Shown: positions 22,666 through 36,703 of the stretch, piece by piece
Layout: each line of letters starts with the position of its first letter
Position numbering within the stretch: the stretch's first letter is position 1
NCBI GenBank assembly: GCA_046563655.1
Contig: CM102286.1
Span: 1-64,000 of the forward strand
Source: Yuukianura sp. NJ FZ-2021
Lineage: Eukaryota
Direction of reading: 5' to 3'
DNA length: 64,000 bases
Notes under the pieces: model-generated
What the model saw: only the letters and a program-made list of their open reading frames with translations
What the model was told of the DNA's origin: nothing
Databases searched by the model: none
Made by a program: the position numbers and the translations under genes

Positions 22666-23330
22666 CTATGCTCTATCTAAGCTAGCATTTACGTGACTCA
22701 ATAACTTCCTGACATCGTTTGAGTCGTCGAGTGCTTCCAGATGGCATGGAGTGAATGTTGCCGTTGTGAGTAGCTTGGTTACACCCAAACTGGAAATCGC
22801 CACGCCATTAAGAGTGTTGCCTCTGCTAAGTACCACGTAAGCCATTGCCTTCGCGAACAACGACTTGCCCAAGTTAATGACAGCCTTTTCGCAAGTTACA
22901 CCCTGCATCTTGTGGGTATTGATGGACCAGGCTGCAATGATTGGAAGCTGCTGCATCTTGGTCTGATGCTTGGCAAAAAACTCAACCCTTGCTGGTGTAA
23001 CAGTGCATTCATTGTTGCTTGAACCACAGATTTCACGATCAAATTTAATTCTGATTGATTCTGGCATATCGTCCTCCGTCAGTGGCTTTTCACGAAGTGC
23101 TGGCCAACGAATTCTAGTAATAGTTCCCGTAGCTCCGTTGACGATGTGATTTGGAAATCGAATTCAGCAAGCAGAGTTTGGATTTGATGAGTCATTTTGT
23201 ACCGCTTGCCCTGTTTCGGGTACATCATCTTGTCACAAAACTTGCAAGGAGTGGTGGCAAAGACACTGATTTGCTTTTCATAAGATTGGCGTAGTGTTAT
23301 TCCAATTCTTGCATCATTTGTTCCCTCCAT
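22666..23330 (-). mobile_element. Helitron-like Rep-Hel relic: PIF1 helicase C-terminal motifs plus an upstream Cys-containing fragment
   Basis: QQLPIIAAWSINTHKMQGVTCEKAVINLGKSLFAKAMAYVVLSRG matches PIF1 helicase motifs V-VI. The upstream ORF has TPCKFCDKMMYP. Walker A and Rep motifs were not seen. Confidence 0.7.
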
Positions 23331-24994
23331 GGTCGCCTTTAAAATTCCGAATTGTAAGTTTCCAAAGAATTTAAGCTATATTTGTTGTTACGTTTTCAGT
23401 TGCTCTTTGGTCCTGGTTATGAGAGATTGCATTGTCTTGAAGTGGGGCACATCCTTTGTTTAACTTTGCTCGTTTTAGATTTGTATGGCGGAGAGTTGCA
23501 TCAACTTGGATATCTGCAAACCAAGATATTAAACGACGATACCCGTAGTTTCAAATTTGAAACATTACCTGTTCCATTATTTCTTCGTTTTAATGCCCGA
23601 TAACACTTGTCACAAACTCTGGTCGCTTGGAATTAAAACGGCTTGGACCGTTCGGAATTATTTTTCCATTGGTTGCAAGCTCCGCATTTCCAGTTGAGTA
23701 TATTAGATTGTGAGCTTTCGACAGCATCCATGGTCCACAATTGCATTCTAAGTTATCCGAACTGTACTAATCTAACTTATTCGAACTGTAGTAACCTAAC
23801 TTTGTAATTTATCTTTATGGCAATGGGGCTGTTGGTACGATATAGACAAAAACTGCATATAACAGGTATGAATGTTGCCAAACATATTGCAGCGAAAGGA
23901 AGTGGCAACTTGTTACTCAGAAATGTTAAAATAGTTACAGAAGAATGCTTCGTTGTTATAGTGAATTTTAAAAATATCGGTTCCATTACAAAATTTTGAA
24001 ATGCAATTTCCCGAAATACTTATCCGAGTTTGTGTATCTAAATACTGCAATCCTATAGGAAATTTGCTGCTGATTCATATTTTCGTGGTCTCTAGTTGGG
24101 TCGAGCCGTATTTCCCTTAGCAACGGGCCGTAAAACCCTGTTGCGATGGAATTTGATCATTGGAAACATCACCAATCGATTCAGAACCCTCGAAATATGT
24201 CAGATCCAAATTTTCAGATTTTTATTAATTAAATTGCCTGAGTTATTAATTAAAAACCGAAAAAGTCGACGTTCAAATTCCATTCCTGAGGTTTACCTCA
24301 TAGTAGGTTGCTAAGGGCAACCAACTAATTCGTGTTTGTTGTCACCTCAGGAAAAACGACAAAGTGCTGAGGTTTTACGAAAAATTGGTCAAATTAGGCG
24401 AAAATTTACTCAAAACAGGCAAATTTTGCAACATTTGATTTAAATCAAAGCCACCCAGCTTTTGGAAAAAACAAATTCTACTTTTATTTTATCAAAAATG
24501 TTACAAGCGTTGTGATGTTGCACAGCATGAGTACAACAACTCTAACTTGTCCTTTCGTCAACCTAGCATGTGATTGTGGTGATGACGTAATCGGGATGAC
24601 TTTTAGTCGGACCAACTTAATCTCAAATTCTTGTGTTCCCAAAATAAAAGATTTAATTTTTTGTGGATTGGATTTTTGCATTGGTTTTTGCACTGTAGTT
24701 TCCTCCCTCAATTGTCCCCTTCTTTACGTCTGAGTCAACGTGATCGTTGTCCTTGTTTTCCTTTTGTTACGCTCCCAAGAACAGAGTTATCTTTAGCATT
24801 TGTCTTTTGCATTTTACTGTAAGCTGGGTGTCTTTGTCATCACAATGGAGTAGTGTCCCAAACACCAAACACTTACTTTTTACTAGCTTCAACTCACTCG
24901 TAAGTTAATCAGTCAATTACTTGACCAGATAAAGTGTTTGATTACTGAGATCCATGATTACCGCATTCTCTTATTTCTAGTTTTAGATTCCACA

Positions 24995-27900
24995 ATGGCA
25001 GCCTCAGTCAAAGTAGCTGTGAGGGTCCGCCCCTTGAATCAACGGTAAGATCCACTACAATCTTCTTATATATCAAGGGATCTGCATGTTATGTTTGTTT
25101 TCAGAGAGAGGGACCTCAATGCAGTGCCCATCATTGAGATGGATGGCAAGAAAACCAGAATTTCCAACTCCAAGGTACCCTTTCATTAGTGGACTTTAAT
25201 AAGTACTCCTAACTATTTCCCTTTGAAGTTGCAGAGCACAACTAAGCAGGAGGGAGAGGCTGCAAGGGAGATGTTCAAGGACTTTACGTTCGACTACTCC
25301 TACTGGTCATGTGATGAGAATGACAACCACTTTGCCACGCAGGAGCAAGTCTTCAGTGACCTCGGGACGGATGTTGTGCAGAATGCTTTCGAAGGATACA
25401 ATGCTTGTGTCTTTGCTTATGGACAAACTGGATCCGGAAAGACACACACCATGATGGGCACTCAGAACCCAGCCAGTGACCAAGGTCTCATTCCGCGCAT
25501 TTGCTTGGTACGTTTTTCAAACGTTGTTGATTTGAGCTCAAGTTTTTGAGATGATTGTGTTTTTGCAGGACATGTTCAACAGGATGAGTCAAGGGATGGC
25601 CAAGGGAACGACATACAGCACAGAAGTGAGTTACCTGGAGATCTACAACGAGCGTGTGAAGGATCTCCTGACCAAGGATCAGTTCCACAATCTCAAAGTG
25701 AGAGAGCATCCTAAACTGGGCCCTTACGTGGAAGGGCTGAGCAAGCACTTGGTAGCAGACTACTCTGGGATTCTGGATGTGATGAACAGAGGGAATGCCA
25801 ACAGAACCACTGCGAGCACCAACATGAACGACACTTCCTCCAGGAGTCACGCCATCTTCACCATGACCTTTGTCCAAGCCAGTTTTGTCAACGACATGCC
25901 TTCAGAAACAGTGTCCAAAATACACCTAGTGGACTTGGCAGGAAGGTAAATCTCATCTGTCACTCAACAAACTAACTTTATTTAACTAACTAAGATTTGT
26001 AATGCTTTCTTGAATTTTTTTTTTCCAGTGAGCGTGCGGATGCAACGGGTGCGACTGGAACTCGGTTGAAAGAAGGCGCTCACATCAACAAGTCCTTGGT
26101 GACCCTTGGATCTGTGATTTCTGCTTTGGCTGAAGTGTCTCAGCATCCCAAGAACACTCACAAAACGTTCATTCCCTACAGAGACTCCGTTCTCACTTGG
26201 CTCCTCAAGGATTCTCTCGGAGGGAACTCTAAAACTATCATGATTGCAAGTGAGTTGATGAATCCATTCTTCCATTCACAATTAACGAATAACTGTCTAA
26301 ATTCACAAATATTGAGGATGTTTTAATACTTTTCAGCCATATCACCGGCGGATGTGAATTACGGGGAGACGCTGAGTACTTTACGCTACGCCAACCGAGC
26401 CAAGAACATCATCAACAAACCAACAATCAACGAAGACGCCAACGTCAAACTAATTCGAGAACTGAGGGCGGAGATCGAGAAGCTCAAGCGGAAATTGGCC
26501 AGTGATATTTCAGTGAGTTTCAAAAGCATAAGTTTATCCTCAGAATTGCAACTTACTTTCCAAATTGTTAATTTTTTAGAGCGAGTCCACCGTTTTGGCG
26601 GAACTGCATAAGAAGGAAGCTCGTGAAAAGAGTTTGACTGAAGAATGGACTGAAAAGTGGAAGGAAACGCAGCAGATTCTGATGGAGGAAAAAGTTTTGG
26701 CTTTGAGAAAAGCCGGCACTGGAGTTGTGCTTGATTCCAATCGTCCTCATCTCATCGGTATTGACGACGATGTGCTGAGTACTGGGATTACCCTCTACCA
26801 CCTCAAGGTAACACTCAACAAATCATTTCTAGACTCATCTTCATCTCTTATTCGCTATGCAGGAGGGAGAAACTAAAATTGGGTCGGAAGAGGGAAATGA
26901 CAAGCACGACATCATGCTGAAGGGACTTGGACTGGAGTCACAACACTGCAGTATTCTGCTGGAAGCAGGAGTGGCAACACTCACGCCTTTTGCAGGGTCC
27001 CTCTGCTGGGTCAATGGACAGCAAGTGGACAAACCCACTCGATTGTTCCAAGGTAATCTCTTTCTCATCCTCAATTCCCAACTTTCTTTTCTTTTCTAAC
27101 TTTTCTTTTCTATTTCTTTGCAGGTTGTGTTGTGCTATTGGGGAGAACAAGCATGTTTCGCTACAACGATCCAGCAGAAGCAGAGAAACTAAGGAAGGAG
27201 GGATCCAAAACTCATCTCAGTCTCAGTCGCCTTTCTTTTCTGAGTCGCTCCGTCACGGAACTGGGCGTTTCATCAGAGAACTTGGATTCTTCAGCACTAG
27301 CGTAAGTCCACCTTTGTCTTTTTGTCAAAGTCCTTAGTTGTCCATTTCCTTCTCTTTTTTGTAGTGAAGAAAGCAGTGTTCTGGAAGAGAAGCGTAAGCA
27401 GTTGGAAGCGGAGGAAGTGAGGCTGCAGAAGGAGAGTTCTGAGCTGGTGCAGCAAAAGAAGTTGTTGGAGGAGCAGAAGTGTTCTTATCAGGTTCATCTC
27501 TAAACAACTTTGTTTCTTTGGATTTTTATTTAATTTAAGCTTTGATTTCCAGCAATTGCAGCAACAGAAGGAAGAGGCATGGACTGCAGATATCCAGTCT
27601 GCGCAGAAGGAAATTGAAGAGGTAGGAAGTCAAAGGCTCAATTTCTTGACTTTTGTGAATAATTTTGTTGTTTTAGCGAAAACACAAGCTGGAGTTGGAG
27701 TATGCAGCACATCGGAGGCGTCTGGAAGAGGACTGGAAGCGACTGGAGCAACAAGAGAAGGAGACGCTGGCCAGTCTCCAGTCCAAGGAAACAGATCTGA
27801 AGAAACGGAAGGAGTTGTTGGAATGGGAGCTGGAGCAGGAGATGGTCCAGGTACCCATTCAATTTTTATCATCAGCTACTTTTCTCAATGTCTAACTTTT

Positions 27901-30660
27901 TGTTAATTTTTGAGCAGATCGAGGCAGAGGCAGTTCGAGTGGATGCACTCAAACTTTCCTTGGAAAGGAAGCAGGAAGAAGTGCTTAGTTTTGAAAATGC
28001 ACTCATCTCTCAGCTGCAGAAGGAACTTGGAAGTACAGCACAAGAGTTGAAACCGCTCCTGTCGCTGGATGAAAACAACTTTCAACTTCAGTTGAAGTCG
28101 CAATCTCAAAGTGTCAAGGAGTGGAAAGAGGCAGCCCTGATCGCAATTTCTACACAAAGGGAGCAGTTGGAGGCCAAACTGAAAGTTAGTCCACTTCCGT
28201 TTTAACTTGATACATTCCTGACTGCCTAATTTTAATGAATTTGAGATGTTTTAGGAATTGTGTGACAAGATCCAAACTTGTGATGATTGTAACGTTGAAG
28301 CTGAATTGAAGAAGGAGGAAGAGAAATGCAAGGAAATGCAGTTGGATCTTTCACTTCAAGTGGACCAAATTCAAAAGTGTTTCGATGCGAAGATGGTTGA
28401 GTTCAATATTGGAGCGGATGCGTTAACTGCAGCAAGGAAACTGCTTCGGGAAAAGGTAAACTTTTCTTAGCTTTTATACATGGAAAACATATTTAGCTTC
28501 CATGCCCCAAATGTTAGCGAAATCAATATTTTGGGTTATTTTAGTATTAAATATTTATTGATTTTCCTGTTCCCTTAATGTTAATTCAGTAAAAATTTTG
28601 AGGTTTTTGATGAAAACGTTTAATATTTAAATATTTCGCCTCTTTTGTATATAATCTTGATAATTTTTGGTTGAATTAGGAGCGCGAGTGCGAAGAGCTG
28701 AACTTGGACGTGGAGAAAGGAATCAGCAGAATGGTGGCGAGTGAGAAGAAGATTCAGCGACTGGAGTCTGATTTGGCACTTATTGGGGACCAGGAGAAAC
28801 TGATCGTTAGCCAACTTTCACACATCGACAGCAGCAAACAGAAGCTTCTCACAATCATTGAAAATTCCACGGAAGTTATGGACGAAGACCTTGTGTAAGT
28901 TTGGAATCGGACTTTAATTGACAAATTAATGTTGAATCTTTTGAATTGTGGAACAGGAGACGGGTCCCTTCGAAACTGCCTCCTTTAGCTGAGGTTCCAG
29001 CCAGAGAATCTTCCCCCACGAAGAGAGTGAATGGAGTTCCTGCTCTCAGTCCCACCAAATCCACCGACCAAGAGAGCCACGAGTTGGTGGCTGCCTTGGC
29101 CCTTGAAGGCCTCCCTCCAGTCTCCTCTCTCGTCAAAATGTGTGCAGAAGACGTTCAGCTCCAACTGAATCGCCTCATAGCCCAAATCAGCGATCAGAAG
29201 ACGATCGTCCTCGAGTGTTTGGAAAACGACAGTGATGCCAAAGAACTCAAGCACCAAATGACTGTGAGAATACAACAATATGTTAAGGATGTAAAGAATA
29301 ATTTGATGTTAAATTCCTGGTTTGTGTTTGGTTTAGTTACTTCAGCAACTCCGATCTCGCTACATGCAAATTGAGTCTTTATATGGAGGAGGATTGAGGC
29401 AGAAGTGGTTTGGGTATGAGGATGAAGACGACGACTCCTTCATGGAGAAGCACGGCGGTGGTGGGGATGCGACGCCTGGAGGAGAGAGTGAGTTGGAAGA
29501 TTCAGAAGCACTCTCCAGCGTCACTGATCACGATGACCAGTGAGTCAAAATCACTAAATTATTCGTCATTTGGATATCCTAATTCACTTGTCTTTTCCTT
29601 CCAGTATTGAGTCCATCGTTGAGCAGCGAGTGGAGAAGAGGCTGCAGGAGATCTTTGAGCAGCTAAGATCTGGTCAACCATCTCCTTTCTTCCTGGGGTC
29701 AGAGTCAGGAATACATCGTCGCAGTTTGTTAGCTCAACTTTACAAAAACTAAAGAATCTTTGTGTTTCACGAATCTTTACTTTTTGTTTCAGTCGGCGAA
29801 GTATGCCATCGGATCTAAATCACCATTTTGGTTCCGGATCTGTAAGTGTTTAGCTCATGAATATTTGTTGTTTAACTGTTAATTCTGAGTGTCTCTTTTG
29901 AATTAGGAGGATGACACTCTATCAGAATCTCCGAATCAGCACAACTCAACTATTCCACGCTCCATTTCTATGAATTCAACAATTTGGCCTATCACTAACA
30001 CTCTCCGTAAGTCAACCTCAAATTTCATTCACTTTGAACTCCTGCTCACTTTTGACATGGAAATGTGGACTTTTGAAATGACTTTTTTGATTTGGATTGG
30101 TAGAGAGTGGCGTGATTCCTGGGTTGCTGGACATTTCCATAATCAACTACTTCCTGCGTGGTGCTGGAAGTCATGAACACTATCAGTATGAAGTTCTGAT
30201 CTGCACTCCGTCTGAAAAGTGGTCAGTATTGAGACGATACACGAGATTCTACGATCTGAGGACTTACATGAAGAAGAAATATGGAAATCAGGTCACTCAC
30301 GCTTCAACAATTACTTTTCCATTTCTCATTTTTTACAAGAATTTTTTGTATTCCAGGTTGCTAAAATTCCATTTCCAGGAAAGCGGCTATTCCGCAGAAA
30401 ATCAGAGAGTGTAGCAAGGGAAAGGAAAAAGTTACTTGAGGTGAGGATGATCCCGTCAAAAATTGGCAGAAAGTTGGCATAAAGTAAATGTTGAATTTGT
30501 GTTTTAGGATTTTGTGCGGAATTTGATCCAGATCTGCTCCACATTCATCACCTGCCCACTCCACAACGTGGAGCCTCCCAACGTGAGATCTGCTCTCATC
30601 GCCTTCTCTGGCTTCTTTGAGAAAGGAATTTTTGACAGTACAAAATACGGAACGTCGTAA
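24995..30660 (+). CDS. KIF16B: Kinesin-3 KIF16B / Klp98A (motor, FHA, coiled coil, PX domain)
   Basis: [73 protein letters not shown] region [23 protein letters not shown] region HYQYEV...[10 protein letters not shown]...FPGKRLF. Stop at 30658-30660. Confidence 0.95.
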
Positions 30661-31362
30661 GCACTTCAATCCCTCCATTCCCTCCACTTTTACTTTTGTA
30701 TTCAGAATCAGTAGGAAACTAACGCTCAACACTTTTACATCGCACAGTAGCACAGTTCCCTAAATTAGTCAATCGAGAGGAGTATGAATGAGAGTGTTGC
30801 GTTGAGCGCAATTGAAAAGCTCTACATTATTGTGATCACAAATTCCAGTTAAAAACTTAATTTAATTAGACTTTAACGTTAAAGCAAGTGCAAGTGAAAA
30901 GTGCAGATTAAAATACTCATCCCCACGCAATACTTTGTAATTGGAGTTTATTACGGAGGAGAAGTTGTAGAGGGCACAAAGAGTACTTGGTGGAGTAATT
31001 AATAAAGTTAGTCCACAACTACGTTGATTGAGCACTTGGGTTAACCCCTTTCCACACTGAATCACAAATCACAACTAAAAGTTCCTCATCAACGCTCAAC
31101 TCTACGAAAAGAGTTGAGAAGTGGGGGTAAGTGAGACTAAAAAGACAAAGAGAGTACAAAAGAGTGCGTTGTCTGGATATTTGGCAGTTGACGGAGTTTC
31201 CTCCAGTGACTTTGGAATTCGTGATGAGCGGTGACTGCGTGAGAGGGTAATGTTGGCACTGCGGAATTTGGAAGTGGCATTTCCAGGGCAGCCTCAAGGT
31301 ACACTTTTCTCCAGGGACTCTGTACACTTCTGGACTCTTTCCAGTGGAAGTTGAGCTGGAGT

Positions 31363-34300
31363 CTACTTGTCTCCGCACGGTTTCCGTCGAAAGTCACCGT
31401 TGGAACCGTGTTTCGGCAGAGTCCTACTCCTGTTCTCCTCTGGGTACAGTCTCACACCCTCCACGCACAGAATACTCGATTCTAAAACCAAATTTAGAAT
31501 TAACACTTCCAAATGACCACAATTAAATTGTCTTCTGAAACTTTTCCTCTGCACACTTAAACTAAAGACGCTCCAATTTGTGAAAAAAGAAGAGCTGGAT
31601 TATGAAATTAAAAAGAGTTTCCCATTCCTACTTTCGTGCGAGACAGGTGAAATTGAATTAGCGGAGGGAAGAAGCGGGCTGAGTGATTAATTTTAGAAAG
31701 CATTTGGCCTCTGGAGAGCAACTTGCCCAATTACTTTCTACTTTCTCCGTCCCTAAGTCTATGCCAATTGGTTGAGAGATGGTTGAAATGAGAGAAAGTA
31801 GAGAGTGGATTGGAGTTTGTGCGTGAGAGTGGAGGTATTTGGGTGTGTTGGGACAGTGAGTGACTCACCGTGAGGTAGTTTGTGCACATTGTTCGGCAGA
31901 TCTCCAAAGTAGTTGTGATGCAGAGCCTCCTCTGCCTCCAGCCTCTTCACTGGATTCAGCTGAAAACAAAACAAAAAGTCAACTTCCACCTCACCCAAAT
32001 GTCACAATGTCAAAATGTGTCTTACTTGGAGGAAGGCGGAAGCCACGTTTTCTGCAAATGCAATGTCATGCAGACGGGGGAAAGCAAAGCCCAGTTTCTG
32101 TGCCTTGTACATCCTTCTCACATCCTTCGCATAGTTTTGCAACTGAGTCACACCTATGAAAGAGAGAAAGTAAAAAAAGAGAGAAAGTAAAAAAGAGAAA
32201 GTGGAATTGAGTGAAGATGGACCCACCTTCCCATGTCTTCTCGGTGGGAGTGCCGAGTATTCTGAAGATCTTGTCCAGTTGATCAGTGACATCTCTCACT
32301 CCAGGGAAGACGGGGCCTCCAGTGAGCATCTCCACAAAGATGCACCCCACCCCCCAAGTATCCAGAGAAGTTGAGTAGTCCACTGAGCCGAGGAGGACGT
32401 CGGGCGGTCTGTACCAAAGTGTGACCACTTCATGGGAGTAAGTGTGACTCGGCACGGACTTTGCCCTCGCCAGACCTAACAAAACACAAACATTAGTCAT
32501 CCAATCAACTCCTTCAACAAGGAACCTCCACTTCCAGTCTCAAACTACTCAATAAAAAAGAATGAATCATCTGCTGGGCAGAATCTTGGCAGCAGAGTAC
32601 TTTGAGAAACATGCAAAAGTTGGGAAAAGAGTTTTGGCTAAATTGTTTTTCTAAGGGAATTGTGTGTTTGTGGGATGTTTTGGATGAATCGATCGTGATT
32701 CCAAGTCAAAGGTTTGTGAAGGTCATGAGGTCCCTATCTCAGAAATGACGCAAATGCTTTGGAAATGTTACCGAAGTCTGCCAACTTGAGTTCGCCCAAC
32801 TGAGAGATGAGGAGGTTCTGTGGCTTGAGATCTCTGTGCAGAATTCTCCTGCGATGGCAAAAGGCGAGTCCCCTCAGCAGTTGGAACAGGAACAGCTTCA
32901 CGTTCCTTGGATTCAGCCCCCCGGGATGTCTCTCCAAATACTGTGAAAGATCTGTGTGCTACAACAAAGAATCATGTTAAAAAGTGCCCAAGTAGTTGAA
33001 TATTTGTGAAAGTGCTTACAAGGTATTCGAATACGAATGTGAGAGTGGATCTGGTGTGCACAATGTCGTGCAGAATGACAATGTTAGCGTGTTTGAGGTC
33101 CTTGAGCAGAGAGGCTTCTCTGATGGCTGTAAAGGGCGTGCCCTCTTCCTCCTGCAGCCGAATCTCCTTCAGAGCCACAACCTGATTCGTCAAACTGAAA
33201 TGGAAAACACAGCCATTAGGAAATTCAAATGGAAATTAATTCCAGTTGTCATTTGTTTCCAAAAACGAACGTCTCTCATGACTAGCAGAGTGACCTTCAT
33301 CCACTTTCACTATTTTCTTATTTCATTTGAAGTTGCAACTCGAATAAAATTGTGGATGGGAGTGAGTGCCTTTTTGTGCTGAGAAGGAGAAAGCCGGAAC
33401 TCCTTGAGAGAAAGGATCAAAAACTTTCTCCTCTTCCGAGTGATTTGAAGTAGGAATGAATGGAAACAAAGCGCTTTCACTCCAACAAAAGAACTTTCTC
33501 CTCCACGCCTCCTCCGACCATCTAATTTCATCTCTGAATCTCCTCACAATAACCATCATTATCCCAACTCCCAACACTTTCCAATACAAAAGTTGAATTG
33601 AAAAGTGACTCACTTGCTGTATCCTTTGAACACGGTTGCATAAGACCCCTCTCCCAGTTGCTCCAGTTTAATGTAAGCCTCTGCCTTCCCAAACGGTGAG
33701 TCACCCTGCAAACCAAAACACAAATTAAACTTCAATCACAACTTTCACTCTTTCTCTTTCAACTACATTCATACTGTTAAATCTCATCATTCAATTTTCA
33801 CTCTACTTCCAACATCCCTAATCACTTTCATTTCCACACTCCACCAGTCCACTCATCTCATCATTTCCTCATTCTCTCAATTCCAAATGAAAGTCAAGTG
33901 GATGAGAGAGCGTGGAATGAATTAGTGGAAAGGAATCAAGTCAAAGTTGAGAGTGTTTGGATTGGGCATGCGAGTGGGTTTGGGTGAAAGTGAAAAGCAT
34001 GCCCCTGCTCATCCTCCTTACACAGATCTCCTCCATCAAGGCCTTTCTCCAATAAAACCCTCCCTTTCTCTCTCCTCCGATCAATAGAGTGACATGGACG
34101 GAATAAAAAGAATGCATGAGTCATACTCTCCTCTAGTAATAAGGACACCAACCTCACTTTTAACTTTCTCCTCTCCCAAGGACTTTTCTTGTTACTTTCT
34201 CCTTGGAATAAACATGAAAGTATGGATTTGTAAGGACACAATTGTGGACGTCCTTAACAAGAGTCATACATTATTTAGCAGGAGTCTGTGGAGCGGGAAA

Positions 34301-36703
34301 TTCGAGTCCACTTTCTCCTACTTTCTCTCTCCAGAGGGAGGAAGGGCAAGGGGGAATTGTAAACAAGTTCCATTACCTCCAAATGACCTTCGACCAACAA
34401 ACACCAAAGTCCCCTCGTCCCCCTCCAAGCACGTTCCTCACTTTCTCCCTTCCAATCACTTTCTAAACTCCATCAACAATCTCCAATTTCACTCCAACAC
34501 TTTGTCCCTCCATCCCAAAAGACACGCTAATCAAAATACTTAAACACAAAGGTCAACATTCCTAACAAAACAGATGCAGCACAAAAGATTCCTCTACTTA
34601 AAGTCTCCTACGGCGTCTCCTCTTCCAGTACGTTCCAGTCCGTTTCCGACGCAGTGAAAGTTGTTAAAAAACACACACTTTCACTGCATGGACTTTGTAA
34701 ATTTGGTTGAGGTGACAAGGTGAAAGAGATTCCAACTGAAATAGGACCAAGTAGAGCGTAAGCGGGAGGATTTGAATTTGTGTTGTAGTGGTGACATGGT
34801 CATAAAGTCAACTCCCACCCTTCAACTGGGCAATGCGAGGTGGAAATTATGGCTTGTTGCGGAGAGCCAAACAACTTTCTCCGCTTTCTCCACCTCCAAT
34901 AAGTCACTCTGTCCTTAGAGAAACGTCCACTTCCTCAAACCACAAAACACAATTAATTGGCCCAATTTAAAATTCACACAAACACTTCTCTCCAACACGC
35001 AAAGAAACTCCCCCACTTTCTCTTTTGTGAAATGATGCTTATCGTTCTCCTTGAGGACTTTTATGCTGAGTGTAAGTTGTTCAAGTGGTGCATGAAGGTC
35101 GTAAGGCATAAACTCTCTTTATTGGACTCATAAATCCCCCTCCAACACCCCTTCTTCGGTGGGGCATTCCACTTTTATTAATTTACATTTGGATGCTACA
35201 GAAATTGATCTCTCCACCAACATCCCATTTCAAATCCAACTTCCAGAGAGCAGTTACATGTGAATGGAGGGATGGAAATGGAAAGTGAAACGAAAAGTTA
35301 ATAAAGTTTCTCTCTCCAAGCACACAGTGGCTCTCCCCCAACAATTCTCCAGGCATTCAAAACTCTTTTCTCCAGGCAAAGTCTTTTGTGGAATGCACAT
35401 CCTGTACAATGTGTGAAGAGAGTGTGGCTCTAAATCAAGAAGAGCCTTATTGAAACGTGGACATGGCGACATGTGGCAACGACGTCCTCAACCCCATTAC
35501 AAAAATCCCATTGTCCAGAGAATGGAGGAGATTGGAGGAATCCATTACGGCACACGACACCCATGTTACCACCCTCTCAAACTCTACAAAATATTACAGA
35601 CTTTAATCCCTCCAATTTGTCGGCATGACAAGGCTCATGTCAAATTTAACGTCCCCTCTGCTCTAAAGTGACAAACTATAAAAGTTTGGAGGGAGTAACT
35701 ACTTTAATTAAAAGTTGCATGTGAGTGGAGGTCGTTGGCCCCACATCCTTTTATGAAGTGACAAGGACTAGTTAGCATTCTCTCACTTTCTCTCATCACC
35801 CTCATGTCTCCACTTTCTCTTCTCCACTTCAACACACGATAGAAGCGTAGTACAACTTGTGTCGAAGTAAGACGAGGATTAGTCTCCCTCCCTCCAAATC
35901 CAACCACTTCCACACTAAGCCAATTTAACATTGAGCACAGGAAAAACATGTCTAATCTCAAATGTTTAAAAATGAAAGTGATTTTGACAAAAAGAGAAAG
36001 TGACTTACGCCGAATGCAGAGTATCTCTTGGAACTGCGTTGGTCCTTGGAGAGGAAGAGCTCAGACTTGGGTCTCGGCGGCTTCTTCGGGCGCAGAATGA
36101 CTTCTTGCCCCCCTTCAGAGGACCCCTCCAACGCACGACCACTGCACACGGACAGATGACGACTCAAGGGACCAAGGGCCCCTGCACCTCCCCAATCCCC
36201 TACAAACAAACCACTTTCACTTACAAACATCCAATCAAAACACTTTTTACATAAAGTGAAACTTAAAAGCTGAAATAAAAATGTGTGGTTGGCGAAAGAC
36301 TTTCACCAACCGCACATTTTTATTTCTTCTACTGAAAGTCCAACTCCACCCAACTAAGTTTTCACTTTCCCGTTACAATTCCTCCTGACTTTTATTCGGA
36401 CATAAAAGAGAAAGTGGTGACCCAGACCCATTTCTCTCTTGGAAATTAGGCAGAGTGAAAGGGAGGAAATTGGAATTGAATTTCCGAAGGTTGGCCTCTG
36501 TCTGTTGTCAATTATTCAGGAGTTGGCGGGAGTAACTTTCTTTGTTTTGGAATTGAGTACTTACCGAGTGTGGCGTCTGAGGTGGAGGAATGCTGTTTGG
36601 CTCTTAGAATGTTTCCGTTGGGCTCAATTCGGTCCAGAAACTCATCCGAGTAGCCATTGCACACAAATTTAGTCCCACTATCCTCTCCCTCCTTCGAAAT
36701 GGC
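31363..36703 (-). CDS. CDK14: PFTAIRE cyclin-dependent kinase (CDK14 / Eip63E); further 5' exons probably extend to ~41100
   Basis: [58 protein letters not shown]...[23 protein letters not shown]. Upstream exons include [11 protein letters not shown] and [15 protein letters not shown]. Stop at 31363. Confidence 0.93.

Larger units (their letters stand above)
21284..24458. mobile_element. Putative non-autonomous hAT-like TIR element with 8-bp TSD
   Basis: CTTTTGGA (21276-21283) | CAGGGTTGC ... GCCACCCAG | CTTTTGGA (24459-24466). TTGATTTAAATCAA palindromes lie near both ends. Confidence 0.6.
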
